Shown here: in pieces, positions 23,515 to 38,100 of the stretch
Layout: each line of letters opens with the position of its first letter
How positions within the stretch are numbered: the stretch's first letter is position 1
Assembly (NCBI GenBank): GCA_002269645.1
Contig: NIVC01000713.1
Coordinates: 434,001-498,000 of the forward strand
Origin: Macrostomum lignano
Lineage: Eukaryota
Reading direction: 5' to 3'
Length of the DNA: 64,000 nucleotides
The notes under the pieces: model-generated
Told to the model about the DNA's origin: nothing
The model's input: only the letters and a program-made list of their open reading frames with translations
Databases searched by the model: none
Made by a program: the position numbers and the translations under genes

Positions 23515-25150
23515 TCAACAACCGGTGCACCAACATCAGCTACTGATCAACAACCGGTGCACCAATATCAGCTACTGATCAACAACCGATGCACAAGCAT
23601 CAGCTACTGATCAACAACCGATGCACCAACATCAGCTACTGATCAACAACCGATGCACCAACATCAGCTACTGATCAACAACCGATGCACCAACATCAGC
23701 TACTGATCAACAACCGATGCACCAACATCAGCTACTGATCAACAACCGATGCATCAACATCAGCTACTGATCAACAACCGATGCACAAGCATCAGCTACT
23801 GATCAACAACCGATGCACCAACATCAGCTACTGATCAACAACCGATGCACCAACATCAGCTACTGATCAACAACCGATGCACAAGCATCAGCTACTGATC
23901 AACAACCGATGCACCAACATCAGCTACTGATCAACAACCGATGCACCAACATCAGCTACTGATCAACAACCGATGCACCAACATCAGCTACTGATCAACA
24001 ACCGATGCACCAACATCAGCTACTGATCAACAACCGATGCATCAACATCAGCTACTGATCAACAACCGGTGCACCAACATCAGCTACTGATCAACAACCG
24101 ATGCACCAACATCAGCTACTGATCAACAACCGGTGCACCAACATCAGGCACTGATCAACAACCGGTGCACCAACATCAGCTACTGATCAACAACCGATGC
24201 ACCAACATCAGCTACTGATCAACAACCGATGCACCAACATCAGCTACTGATCAACAACCGATGCACCAACATCAGCTACTGATCAACAACCGATGCATCA
24301 ACATCAGCTACTGATCAACAACCGGTGCACCAACATCAGCTACTGATCAACAACCGATGCACCAACATCAGCTACTGATCAACAACCGATGCACCAACAT
24401 CAGCTACTGATCAACAGCCGGTGCACCAACATCAGGCACTGATCAACAACCGGTGCACCAACATCAGCTACTGATCAACAACCGATGCACCAAAATCAGC
24501 TACTGATCAACAACCGATGCATCAACATCAGCTACTGATCAACAACCGGTGCACCAACATCAGCTACTGATCAACAACCGATGCATCAACATCAGCTACT
24601 GATCAACAACCGATGCACCAACATCAGCTACTGATCAACAACCGATGCATCAACATCAGCTACTGATCAACAACCGGTGCACCAACATCAGCTACTGATC
24701 AACAGCCGGTGCACCAACATCAGGCACTGATCAACAACCGGTGCACCAACATCAGCTACTGATCAACAACCGATGCATCAACATCAGCTACTGATCAACA
24801 ACCGGTGCACCAACATCAGCTACTGATCAACAACCGATGCATCAACATCAGCTACTGATCAACAACCGGTGCACCAACATCAGCTACTGATCAACAGCCG
24901 GTGCACCAACATCAGGCACTGATCAACAACCGGTGCACCAACATCAGGCACTGATCAACAACCGGTGCACCAAAATCAGCTACTGATCAACAACCGATGC
25001 ATCAACATCAGCTACTGATCAACAACCGGTGCACCAACATCAGCTACTGATCAACAACCGATGCACCAACATCAGCTACTGATCAACAACCGATGCACCA
25101 ACATCAGCTACTGATCAGCAACCAATGCGCAAGCATCAGCTACTGAACAA
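23515..25150. repeat. 32-bp minisatellite (ACTGATCAACAACCGATGCACCAACATCAGCT)
   Basis: Direct reading, period 32, contiguous units without spacers. Confidence 0.95.
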
Positions 25151-26240
25151 CCGATGCAAACACAACAACAATGTGCAAAACAAGCAATGTCTTCAGACCC
25201 CAACAGTTGCAAAGTATAATATCAGCAATTACTATTAGTTTCCGTAAACGTTTTCCCGAAAAATGTAATTAATTTTACTAACTTTGCACTGCAGTGTAAT
25301 GCTCACCCATAAATGCTTACAAATGCGTTTGTAGCAGCTGTGAACTTGGATTTCAATTAATCCAATCCAAATAATACGGGGCTCGTACGCGTACGAGTAA
25401 CGGTGAATAACTATTTACTTTTGAATAAAGGGGTATTATAGCAGCATAAAAATTTGGTGTTTGGTATATTTGGTATATTTGGTATATTTGGTAATAATTT
25501 AACTTGTAACTTTCAAAAATTATTTGAGTTCGTGTTTTATTGGCACATATAATTTCTTTTCGCGGTACTTGTTACAGCTAGTAGGCATGAATGAAATTTT
25601 TAATTTTAAATTAGTTTTCATGGAAAATTAGAGACATAAAATCCTAGTAGCGTGAGTTGAAAAATGAGCGTAGCTGTCTACATGCATCTGTCAGCGGTCT
25701 TATACGTGGTTGCTCCGTTCGAGTACTCCCATAATCCATAGCGAATTCCCATAGGCAACGATATAATTAGTCAAATTAACGCTAATCGACCAAAGCCGGC
25801 GAAAAAACGTGCATAAAAACGCTGCGTATGATATAGCTACAGTGATACGTCGCTCGAGTAAAAGGCGAGTACGTGCGTAAAAATAAGTGTACGCTCGTAC
25901 ACTTGAATGGCCTTTTAGCTGGCTACTGACTGCGCCTCGCCTCGCCGTTCCTATTTTCTGATTAACTAGCCGTGTTTTGTCTCCCATTCAGTCGCACAGC
26001 TTCTTCTCTCTGTTCGCTCTGTCTTCTGTCTCTCTACCCCCCACTCTGTCACCTCTCAGTCTCCAGGGTACTTGTTGACAACACAGCGCGGCGCGCTTAT
26101 GTAGAAAATATAGAAATGAGCTTTCAGCAGCCTGTAAAAATGAGCAGCAGTAGCTTCATTCATACTATCCAGAGAATTTGGACTTGGGCAAATAAACGCC
26201 TCTTCCGAGCCGAAACCCCTACACAGATTTCCATTCGCGA

Positions 26241-26809
26241 ATGGCTTACGAGGAGGCCAACGAGCAGCTGGCCCGCCAGCTCATCAAGCGAGGCTACGCG
26301 CTCTACCACCGCTGCCGGTCTGGCCCGATCCCCGTCTCGACTCCGTCGAGGCGTTCGTCGAACGATTGAAAAGTCGCGTGCTGAAGTTGGTGGACGTGTT
26401 TCACTACCGACTGCCGCTCGGCCTTCGACTCTGCCGGGTTGGCATCGACCCATTCGCTGGTGGGCGATTTTACATCGATCGGCCGGCCACTTGGTGCCAG
26501 GACAATCTGGCCGCCAGCTACAGGGCTCACCTTGCCGATAACTACGCCGTACTCATCGCTATCGGAGTCCTGTCCCGCAGCTACCTGCCCGGCGATCTGC
26601 TCTACCTGGCCGATGGCGACGTTGAATGGGCGGCTGTCGAAGTGCAGCGTCGCTTGGCTCGCGAGTGCCAACGGTGCCCCCGCTGCGGCCCGCTGGTCGA
26701 TTCTGTCTGGCACGGTGATCCCGCCGATGTTGGCCCGTTCGACGATCCACCGGCCAGGGCCTACCTGGTCTGTCTGGCGCTTAAACTGTCCAGGGATGGC
26801 GGCTGGTAG
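26241..26809 (+). CDS. Unknown protein (~189 aa if restored); apparent 1-nt deletion at 26317-26318; may have upstream exons
   Basis: A GC3-rich frame MAYEEANEQLARQLIKRGYALYHRCR continues as VWPDPRLDSVEAFVERLKSRVLKLVDVFHY..LSRDGGW* after a one-base shift; no family recognised. Confidence 0.45.
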
Positions 26810-26911
26810 AGTCCGGAACTCAGGTGCACTGCCAGCTGCTGCTTGGAGTCAGGAATTTTTATTACTGTATCTTCGACTAATGTAAATTTGTTGTGATAGT
26901 GACCACACCAC

Positions 26912-27146
<235 letters not shown>

Positions 27147-28685
27147 TTCAATAATTATTGCGCTGAAGACTTTCATTTTTTATATATTATTATGGTTTAA
27201 ATGACTTATTTTTGCGGCCTATTTTTATTGTAGTGTTGGTTGTACTCTTAGAGTCAAGACAAAATCACAAGTAATATATAAACTAGTGCAGCGATTAATC
27301 ATAATTTTAGAATTAGAATATCTTCAAATTTAGCATATTTTCAAATACTATCACGCGTCCATATCATAATTATAAGAATTAGTTTTGAATTCTTTCGCCG
27401 AAGTCCGTGAATTCATATTTTCAAATATTTTCCGTTTAACTTTCGTAAAAACCACAGCTAGTAAAAACTAGCGATTTCGTTTTGTAAAACGGCTCAGATT
27501 TTATTTGAAACATGGTTCATTAATAAAAGTTGAGAAAGATTATTTACACTATTTCTAAAAGCATTAAAAAGAATTGTTTAACACATGTTAGTAATTAAAA
27601 ATTTGAAATATTGTATTTTACAATAAAAATGAAAGTGATAAAAACTATTGCTCCCGTGCAAGTTTCATCACGAGTTCTTGTAACTTGAAATTCTTGTTAA
27701 GAAACATTCTAAAACTGTGAAAACATATAAATTACTTTATTAAGTTCTGAAATAGGAATAAAAAATCATTGAACAGCTCAGTCAGCATGCACTGGCACTG
27801 GATACACACTATACTATGAATTCGACAATGAAGTGACACTAGCTATATACATTTTGCTAAGAACATGATTATTTTGTTATAAATAATGCTAACTACTCGT
27901 TAAAACGGAAAAAACATTTTCTAGCCAAAATCCTTGTCCAAACCTTGTCCAAAGCTAATTTCTACAGCTAATTTACTCAGCAAATAGCTACTAATAATTT
28001 ATAAATATAAAAAAATGATATATTAGTGCTATTGTGTCAAATGGTACACTTTCATGAAACTATTTACATGCAATCATTCTCTACTCCGAAATTCGTCCTG
28101 CAAATAGTGTAATCAAAGCATGCGTGATCATAGAAGATACATATAGATATCTATTTAAAATTCTGGACAAAAACTGGCTATCTATATATACATAAACAAT
28201 ACATAAACAATATTAAAGTAATAACAGCGAAAACTACGCAATGTTTACGTAAAGTCGACAGTAAAACAAAAACACGACACACTCGTATTTGTACTCGCAT
28301 TGCAGTCCGAGAATATTGAAAACCTGTTTTTAGAAAGAGGATAAGGGCGTATAGTCACCGATTACACCCAGTGTAAGCATGTGTAAGTCTGTGCGTCTTC
28401 AAGTTGATAGAGGAAAAGGCATGACTGCTTGCCTTCTCGCAAGGCTCACAAGGCTTACAAAATCACCTTATAATAATCAGAGCATCATATCAACACTGCC
28501 GCTCAATCGGGTCAGTTTCGTGCAACTCATCTCCCTCCTCGTTCAGCCCGGATCCCTGGCCAAGCCGATGTCCAACAACAGTGGCACTTTCTTGACGGTC
28601 GTCAGCTTGCGACAGGTCACCATCGGAATCGTCTCCGTCAGCATCCTTGGCAGCATCACCGGCGCCGGTTCCATGCTTAGCTCAC

Positions 28686-29100
28686 CCTAGCTGCTTTAGT
28701 CTGCAGCACCCGCAGTATTAGTAGTCATATCGGTCTCCAGCTTGACCTCCAGCAGAGTCAGGTGGCTCTCCAGCTGCTGCACCCGGCTGGTCAGCGCGTC
28801 CAGGCAGCCGGCAGAGCAACAGCTGCTGCCACCACCGCCGCCTGGTGGTGCCAAGCCGAACCCGACACCACCGTTGCCTGAGTCTCCTGACTGATCAGGC
28901 TGCCGAGCGGCCCTCGGTTGAGAAATGTTGCGACCTGCCGGAGGCGCCCAGGCCACCAGAAGCTGCGCCAAGTGCGCCACCGTTGGGGTCCGCGGCGCCT
29001 GCGGCAGCAGCAGCGCCGGTCGCGTCCGTCGCCGCGTCGCTGCAGATGCCGCTGTGCCCGCCTCGCCTCCGCCGTTGCTCTGCAGTTGCTGATGATGCAC
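28686..29100 (-). CDS. KCNH2: ERG channel exon 12 (C-terminal coiled coil), frame-disrupted near 28718
   Basis: Acceptor ctgcag; [28 protein letters not shown] then ILRVLQ in another frame (hERG RLETRLSADMATVLQLL); true end may extend to about 28480. Confidence 0.6.
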
Positions 29101-32100
29101 CTGCAGTGTTTGGGATAGGGTCATCTAGGAGGAGCATCTCAGTGGATGGGCTTATCTAGGTAGGGTTAATATTTCGCGTTCTTCAGGTCGGTTCATTAGG
29201 ACGGAATGACAGAAGAGATTGTACCTGGTTGAGACAATCGTTGTGAGGGTAATCTTGATAAGTAGGCGGAGGCCACGTCTGTGTGCGTTAAAATTATTTC
29301 AGTTTAGGTCATACTTTTAAACTTTCTTTCCTTTAAGGGCACTTTAACAAAATAGCTTTCACTTGGGCACTTACCTGCCCGAACACCTGCTGCAAGGTGC
29401 TGACGCCGCCCGCTGCGCGAATCCGCCAGAATTTTGCGCGTCGCTAAAATCGAAATTCGCCGGCGTCACGTCGCGCCCGGCTTGTCGGGCGAGAATTCGA
29501 GAATTCCGGCTCCGGAGACGAAGGCCGCGACGGCGGAGGCGGCGGCGGCCGCGGCGTTGGTGGTAGGGGCGGTCAGGGCGGCGGCTCCCGCGGGCTGCGA
29601 CTCCGTCCAGCTTCGATGCCGGGAGCCGCCGCCTCCGTGATGCTGCGGGCCTGCGCCGGTTGAGTCGGGCACGCCCAGTCGGTTGCGATGGAGACGAGGC
29701 GTCGCGGACGATTTACCGCCAACGACGGGCGATTGCGGGTTTGATTTGCGCGACGAACTGCGTGAGGAGCTGCGATCGAGCTGGTGCTGATGATGCGGCT
29801 GATGGTGGGACTGAGAGGCCGCTTGCCCGGAAACTGCCGAGTGATCTACCGAGTGATCTGCGGATCGGTTGAGATTCAAAATTGACAAAGTGAGACTTAA
29901 GTGAGACAGCTGTGAAGTTCGAATCGCAGTTCGATTTCCCGAAAGCGAGACATTCGAAAGTTGATTATGACTCAAGAGGGAGAGATTCGAAGCTCCCAAG
30001 TGACCACTGTAACACTCCAGAGTGATAGTTTACTTTAAATCTACGGAGGGAGATTGAGCTAAGCAGCAAACTGAAGGGATACCTCTCGATATCAGCGGCA
30101 CATTAAACGACAGCTCTTCGTCTCTGAGGTCGAATGTAATCTCTAGATTTTTCACGAAGTATTCCGAGAATCCCGGATACATCTCGAGCGTTTCCAGCAG
30201 GTCGTCGCGTTGAATCTTGTGCAGATCGCAGTAGGTCAAGGCGCGGACATTGCACTTTGACTTGCCCACCGTCTCGTGGACGCAGGGAATCTCTCCGAAT
30301 GTGTCGTCCTTGCCTAGGATGGCCAGAACCGTGTCCTCTTTCAGGATTTCTATGCTGCCTCTGTTGGTGCGTTAGGGGGGGGGGTGTTGGTGTAGCTTGG
30401 CGCGTTATCGTGTTGTCCTTGAGTGCTGAAGGGCCCAGGTTCGAATCCTAATGTGGCCAGGTAAATTTCGGGTTCAGTTGTAGCCATGAGTCCCAAAACC
30501 GACTGTATCCATTAGTAGTTTTTAATAGCAGTTATCTACGCTTATCTGCCAAGTTTCAGCAATTGGCTTATACATGTACTATTGCCTAGCTATGAGCCAA
30601 GAACTTAGGAATCGTCGAAACCGTCCTGCTCTACTAGGCCGAGACGTGGACGCTGACGGCTACGCTGGAGCGGCAGCTGGACTCGGCGCACTCAGGGCTG
30701 CGCCGTGCGGCATTTCGAGCTGACGAGAGCGTCGGGACCGAGGCCCTGTACAATCGGGCCAAGCTGCAGCGCCCGCCCACCATCCTGCGCCGGCGGCGAC
30801 TTCAACTGGCGGGCCACGTGATCCGGGCCGAGGGCTACTGCCCCCAATCTGTTCAGGACGTCCTGCTGCTCACCTTGCGCCATCTGACGCGCCCTGCTCT
30901 AACTGTGACGTTGCATGCGGGGCCGCGTACTTTGTTGTTGTTGTCAGGAATCTTCTCAGGACATTGAAATAGGCCTAAAGGGCTGGTTCGATCCTTCGAT
31001 CATTTTAAATTTGAGTGTACTTTTGCTCGTATTAATGGAATTCTTTCAACCTTGAAGCTGACCAGACAGTAGCTTCTCCACTCTCTCTTTCCCACCTTGA
31101 CACCTCAGTTCTCACCTGGCCACAAAGTACAGCGCACTGAGAATATCCCTCGATGCACCAGGATGTCCCCAGGTGGCACATGGGTGGACTTGAACTTCAT
31201 CGAAAGGGTTCGCAGGCAGCCGGGGCTGGCCTCCTTGAACGCCGGGCAGTTTCTCAGCAGGTTGCGGTTCAGGTGCAGGCAGATGTCGGCCTGCAGGCAC
31301 TCGGGGAAGCCCTTGAGCACCAGGTTCATGTCTATGCCGTTGGTGTAGGACCAGGCGTGCTGGAAGTACTCTTCTAGGCGCTGGCGGAGCGGGTTGGGGA
31401 TCTGGTGGAAGCGGATGAACTCTCGGACCCGCAGCATCTGGGTGTGGTAGCGCGCGGTGCCGCTGTACAGCCTCTGGATGATGGCGGAGACGTTGCCGAA
31501 GATGCTGGCGTACATCAGGCTGCCGATGAGCATCACGCAGATGCTGAACACTTTCTCCATATTGGTTGTTGGGGCTACATTGCCAAAACCCACCGAGGTC
31601 AGGCTTGAGAAGGTGAAGTACAGCGCCGTGATGTACTTTGACTTGATCGATGGTCCCGATAGTGAGTCGTTTCTTTTGTAGTGCTGCTCAGTCTGGAATT
31701 GAGACGATCGAGCATTTAGAGAACATAAGGAAAATGTGAGAAAATGTGTCTTCTTGAGCAAAATAACAACAGTACAAATTGATAAAAGGACTTCAAGAAA
31801 GGTCTTTCGAGGTGCCAATCTACATTTTGCTACCATTTTAGACCAAAAACTCCATTTGTAGACAAACCAACTACTAAAGTCTAGACAACCCACTCCATTT
31901 CTACACCCCTTCCCATATCCAGACTACCAACTACCTCCGTCCTTGAATCACCCATCCCAGGTCCCTACTCGCCTGATCCGCCAGCTGGTCCAGCCATCCG
32001 ATCGGCTGCGGCAAAATTGGTCTCTCCAGATTGCCAATCGCGTACCAGACGCAGGCCAGCCAATGAGCAATCAGGGCAAAGGTGGCCATTAGCAACATGA

Positions 32101-35100
32101 GAACGGCAGCACCGTACTCAGAGTACTTGCCCAGCTTTCGAGCTACTCGAACCAATCGAAGCAGTCGAGCAGTTTTGAGCAGTCCGATTAGAGTTACTGG
32201 CTGAAATTGTTTCATGTTCGGTTGAAGCTTACTGACCGTAGCTTACTGACCGTAGCTTACTGACCGTAGCTTACTGACCGTAGCTTACTGACCGTAGCTT
32301 ACTGACCATAGCTTACTGACCATAGCTTACTGACCGTAGCTTACTGACCGTAGCTTACTGACCGTAGCTTACTGACCGTAGCTTACTGACCGTAGCTTAC
32401 TGACCGTAGCTTACTGACCATAGCTTACTGACCATAGCTTACTGACCGTAGCTTACTGACCGTAGCTTACTGACCGTAGCTTACTGACCGTAGCTTACTG
32501 ACCGTAGCTTACTGACCGTAGCTTACTGACCGTAGCTTACTGACCGTAGCTTATTGACCGTAGCTTACTGACCGTAGCTTACTGACCGTAGCTTACTGAC
32601 CGTAGCTTACTGACCGTAGCTTACTGACCATAGCTTACTGACCGTAGCTTACTGACCATAGCTTACTGACCGTAGCTTACTGACCATAGCTTACTGACCA
32701 TAGCTTACTGACCGTAGCTTACTGACCGTAGCTTACTGACCGTAGCTTACTGACCGTAGCTTACTGACCGTAGCTTACTGACCGTAGCTTACTGACCGTA
32801 GCTTACTGACCATAGCTTACTGACCGTAGCTTACTGACCGTAGCTTACTGACCGTAGCTTACTGACCATAGCTTACTGACCATAGCTTACTGACCGTAGC
32901 TTACTGACCATAGCTTACTGACCGTAGCTTACTGACCATAGCTTACTGACCGTAACTTAGCCTACATAAATACATTACCTGTCTTAGTTATCCTAGCCAT
33001 CAATTTAATTATCAAATCGCATGAGTGATATGCAAAGCAATGGGAGAAGTTCTTTACAGATCGTTGGATCACAATGAGATGAGTCCAATTTGATGGACGT
33101 GTGAGCAAGCCCACCATAAATCTAAGCCTCATTTGATCCACAGCTACCAGCTAACTTTTAAGCTTGACTTGAAACCAAATAAAATCAGCCAGGGCAAAGA
33201 AAAGCTGAGTCACAAACCTCTTCTGTCTCGGCGCCCCAGAGCAGTAGGTCGAAAGGAATTGCCGATACGACGTCGATAAGAAACCAGCCTTTAAAATAGT
33301 GCACCGCAATCCGGCCCGGGTGCGTGACCACCTCATCATTTTTGTTAACGTACGTGGTGCGAAAATTGATTATTATATCAATGATAAACATGATGTCAAT
33401 GATGATGTCAATGCCTGTCACTGGGTCGATGTTCAGTTCGTACTGCTGCCTCTGTAAATGCCACGGTGGATTGTTTGGAAAGTAAATTTGCGAGTCATTT
33501 CTGTAATGTTGATGATGATGCTCACAATACATGTATTACCCATTGTACTTTAAAATTCATCTATAAAGCCCTAAAATGAGCAGAAACATACCATACATGT
33601 ACATGAATTAAATGGCACGGATAACATGTATAGCATCAACCAACATGACCTAAGCAACAACCAACATGATCTAAGCATCAACCAACATGATCTAAGCAAC
33701 AACCAACATGATCTAAGCAACAACCAACACGATCTAAGCCTCAACCAACACGATCTAAGCATCAACCAACATGATCTAAGCATCAACCAACACGATCTAA
33801 GCATCAACCAACACGATCTAAGCATCAACCAACATGATCTAAGCCTCAACCAACATGATCTAAGCAACAACCAACATGATCTAAGCCTCAACCAACACGA
33901 TCTAAGCAACAACCAACACGATCTAAGCAACAACCAACACGATCTAAGCATCAACCAACACAATCTAAGCATCAACCAACATGATCTAAGCATCAACCAA
34001 CATGATCTAAGCAACAACCAACACGATCTAAGCCTCAACCAACACGATCTAAGCATCAACCAACATGATCTAAGCCTCAACCAACATGATCTAAGCAACA
34101 ACCAACATGATCTAAGCCTCAACCAACACGATCTAAGCAACAACCAACACGATCTAAGCAACAACCAACACGATCTAAGCATCAACCAACACAATCTAAG
34201 CATCAACCAACATGATCTAAGCATCAACCAACATGATCTAAGCATCAACCAACACGATCTAAGCATCAACCAACACGATCTAAGCAACAACCAACACGAT
34301 CTAAGCAACAACCAACACAATCTAAGCATCACCCAACATGACCTAAGCAACAACCAACATGATCTAAGCATCAACCAACACGATCTAAGCAACAACCAAC
34401 ATGATCTAAGCAACAACCAACACGATCTAAGCCTCAACCAACACGATCTAAGCATCAACCAACATGATCTAAGCATCAACCAACACGATCTAAGCATCAA
34501 CCAACACGATCTAAGCATCAACCAACATGATCTAAGCCTCAACCAACATGATCTAAGCAACAACCAACATGATCTAAGCCTCAACCAACACGATCTAAGC
34601 AACAACCAACACGATCTAAGCAACAACCAACACGATCTAAGCATCAACCAACACAATCTAAGCATCAACCAACATGATCTAAGCATCAACCAACATGATC
34701 TAAGCAACAACCAACACGATCTAAGCCTCAACCAACACGATCTAAGCATCAACCAACATGATCTAAGCCTCAACCAACATGATCTAAGCAACAACCAACA
34801 TGATCTAAGCCTCAACCAACACGATCTAAGCAACAACCAACACGATCTAAGCAACAACCAACACGATCTAAGCATCAACCAACACAATCTAAGTATCAAC
34901 CAACACAACCTAAACATCAGCCAACACGATCTAAGCATCAACCAACATGATCTAAGCAACAACCAACATGATCTAACCCTCAACCAACACGATCTAAGCA
35001 ACAACCAACACGATCTAAGCAACAACCAACACGATCTAAGCATCAACCAACATGATCTAAGCCTCAACCAACATGATCTAAGCATCAACCAACACGATCT

Positions 35101-38100
35101 AAGCATCAACCAACACGATCTAAGCAACAACCAACACGATCTAAGCATCACCCAACATGATCTAAGCATCAACCAACACGATCTAAGCATCAACCAACAC
35201 GATCTAAGCAACAACCAACACGATCTAAGCATCAACCAACACGATCTAAGCAACAACCAACACGATCTAAGCATCAACCAACACGATCTAAGCAACAACC
35301 AACACGATCTAAGCATCACCCAACATGATCTAAGCATCAACCAACACGATCTAAGCATCAACCAACACGATCTAAGCAACAACCAACACGATCTAAGCAT
35401 CAACCAACACGATCTAAGCAACAACCAACACGATCTAAGCATCAACCAACACGATCTAAGCAACAACCAACATGATTTAAGCATCAACCAACACAATCTA
35501 AGCATCAACCAACACAATCTAAGCATCAACCAACACAATCTAAGCATCACCCAACATGATCTAGGCATCAACCAACACAATCTAAGCATCACCCAACATG
35601 ATCTAGGCATCAACCAACACAATCTAAGTATCAACCAACACAATCTAAGCATCAGCCAACATGATCTAAGCATCAACCAACACAATCTAAGCATCAACCA
35701 ACACAATCTAAGCATCACCCAACATGATCTAGGCATCAACCAACACAATCTAAGCATCACCCAACATGATCTAAGCATCAACCAACACGATCTAAGCATC
35801 AACCAACACGATCTAAGCATCAACCAACACGATCTAAGCATCAACCAACACGATCTAAGCATCAACCAACACGATCTAAGCATCAACCAACACGATCTAA
35901 GCATCAACCAACACGATCGAAGCACCAATAACACGATTTGAGCATCGACCATCACGATCTAAGCATCAACCAACACGATCGAAGCACCAATAACACGATC
36001 TAAGCACCAATAACACGATTTGAGCATCAACCAACACGATCTAAGCATCAACCAACACGATCGAAGCACCAATAACACGATCTAAGCACCAATAACACGA
36101 TCTAAGCATCAACCAACACGATCTAAGCATCAACCAACACGATCGAAGCACCAATAACACGATCTAAGCACCAATAACACGATTTGAGCATCAACCAACA
36201 CGATCTAAGCATCAACCAACACGATCGAAGCACCAATAACACGATCTAAGCCTCAACCAACACGATCTAAGCATCAACCAACATGATCTAAGCCTCAACC
36301 AACATGATCTAAGCAACAACCAACATGATCTAAGCCTCAACCAACACGATCTAAGCAACAACCAACACGATCTAAGCAACAACCAACACGATCTAAGCAT
36401 CAACCAACATGATCTAAGCAACAACCAACACGATCTAAGCCTCAACCAACACGATCTAAGCATCAACCAACATGATCTAAGCCTCAACCAACATGATCTA
36501 AGCAACAACCAACATGATCTAAGCCTCAACCAACACGATCTAAGCAACAACCAACACGATCTAAGCAACAACCAACACGATCTAAGCATCAACCAACACA
36601 ATCTAAGCATCAACCAACATGATCTAAGCATCAGCCAACACGATCTAAGCATCAACCAACACGATCTAAGCATCAACCAACACGATCTAAGTATCAACCA
36701 ACACAACCTAAACATCAGCCAACACGATCTAAGCATCAACCAACATGATCTAAGCAACAACCAACATGATCTAACCCTCAACCAACACGATCTAAGCAAC
36801 AACCAACACGATCTAAGCAACAACCAACACGATCTAAGCATCAACCAACATGATCTAAGCCTCAACCAACATGATCTAAGCATCAACCAACACGATCTAA
36901 GCATCAACCAACACGATCTAAGCAACAACCAACACGATCTAAGCATCACCCAACATGATCTAAGCATCAACCAACACGATCTAAGCATCAACCAACACGA
37001 TCTAAGCAACAACCAACACGATCTAAGCATCAACCAACACGATCTAAGCAACAACCAACACGATCTAAGCATCAACCAACACGATCTAAGCAACAACCAA
37101 CACGATCTAAGCATCACCCAACATGATCTAAGCATCAACCAACACGATCTAAGCATCAACCAACACGATCTAAGCAACAACCAACACGATCTAAGCATCA
37201 ACCAACACGATCTAAGCAACAACCAACACGATCTAAGCATCAACCAACACGATCTAAGCAACAACCAACATGATTTAAGCATCAACCAACACAATCTAAG
37301 CATCAACCAACACAATCTAAGCATCAACCAACACAATCTAAGCATCACCCAACATGATCTAGGCATCAACCAACACAATCTAAGCATCACCCAACATGAT
37401 CTAAGCATCAACCAACACGATCTAAGCATCAACCAACACGATCTAAGCATCAACCAACACGATCTAAGCATCAACCAACACGATCTAAGCATCAACCAAC
37501 ACGATCTAAGCATCAACCAACACGATCTAAGCATCAACCAACACGATCGAAGCACCAATAACACGATTTGAGCATCGACCATCACGATCTAAGCATCAAC
37601 CAACACGATCGAAGCACCAATAACACGATCTAAGCACCAATAACACGATTTGAGCATCAACCAACACGATCTAAGCATCAACCAACACGATCGAAGCACC
37701 AATAACACGATCTAAGCACCAATAACACGATCTAAGCATCAACCAACACGATCTAAGCATCAACCAACACGATCGAAGCACCAATAACACGATCTAAGCA
37801 CCAATAACACGATTTGAGCATCAACCAACACGATCTAAGCATCAACCAACACGATCGAAGCACCAATAACACGATCTAAGCACCAATAACACGATCTAAG
37901 CATCAACCAACACGATCTAAGCATCAACCAACACGATCTAAGCATCAACCAACACGATCTAAGCATCAACCAACATGATCTAAGCATCAATAAACATAAT
38001 CTAAGCATCAACCAACACGATCTAAGCATCAACCATCACGATCTAAGCATCAACCAACATGATCTAAGCATCAATAAACATAATCTAAGCATCAACCAAC

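Noticed and set aside
23515-25150. 32-bp repeats as a possible CRISPR array
   Set aside because: Units are contiguous with no unique spacers, no cas genes, eukaryotic context.
30385-30460. Possible tRNA gene (also 42713-42790 and about 50760-50815)
   Set aside because: A/B boxes present but acceptor and anticodon stems do not pair convincingly; treated as SINE heads.
33571-37585. Long ORFs of 771, 794 and 457 aa (NQHDLSI / LRSCWLM repeats), one starting at an ATG at the array edge
   Set aside because: The 21-bp unit is a multiple of 3 and stop-free in these frames on both strands; intronic location; no non-repeat domain.
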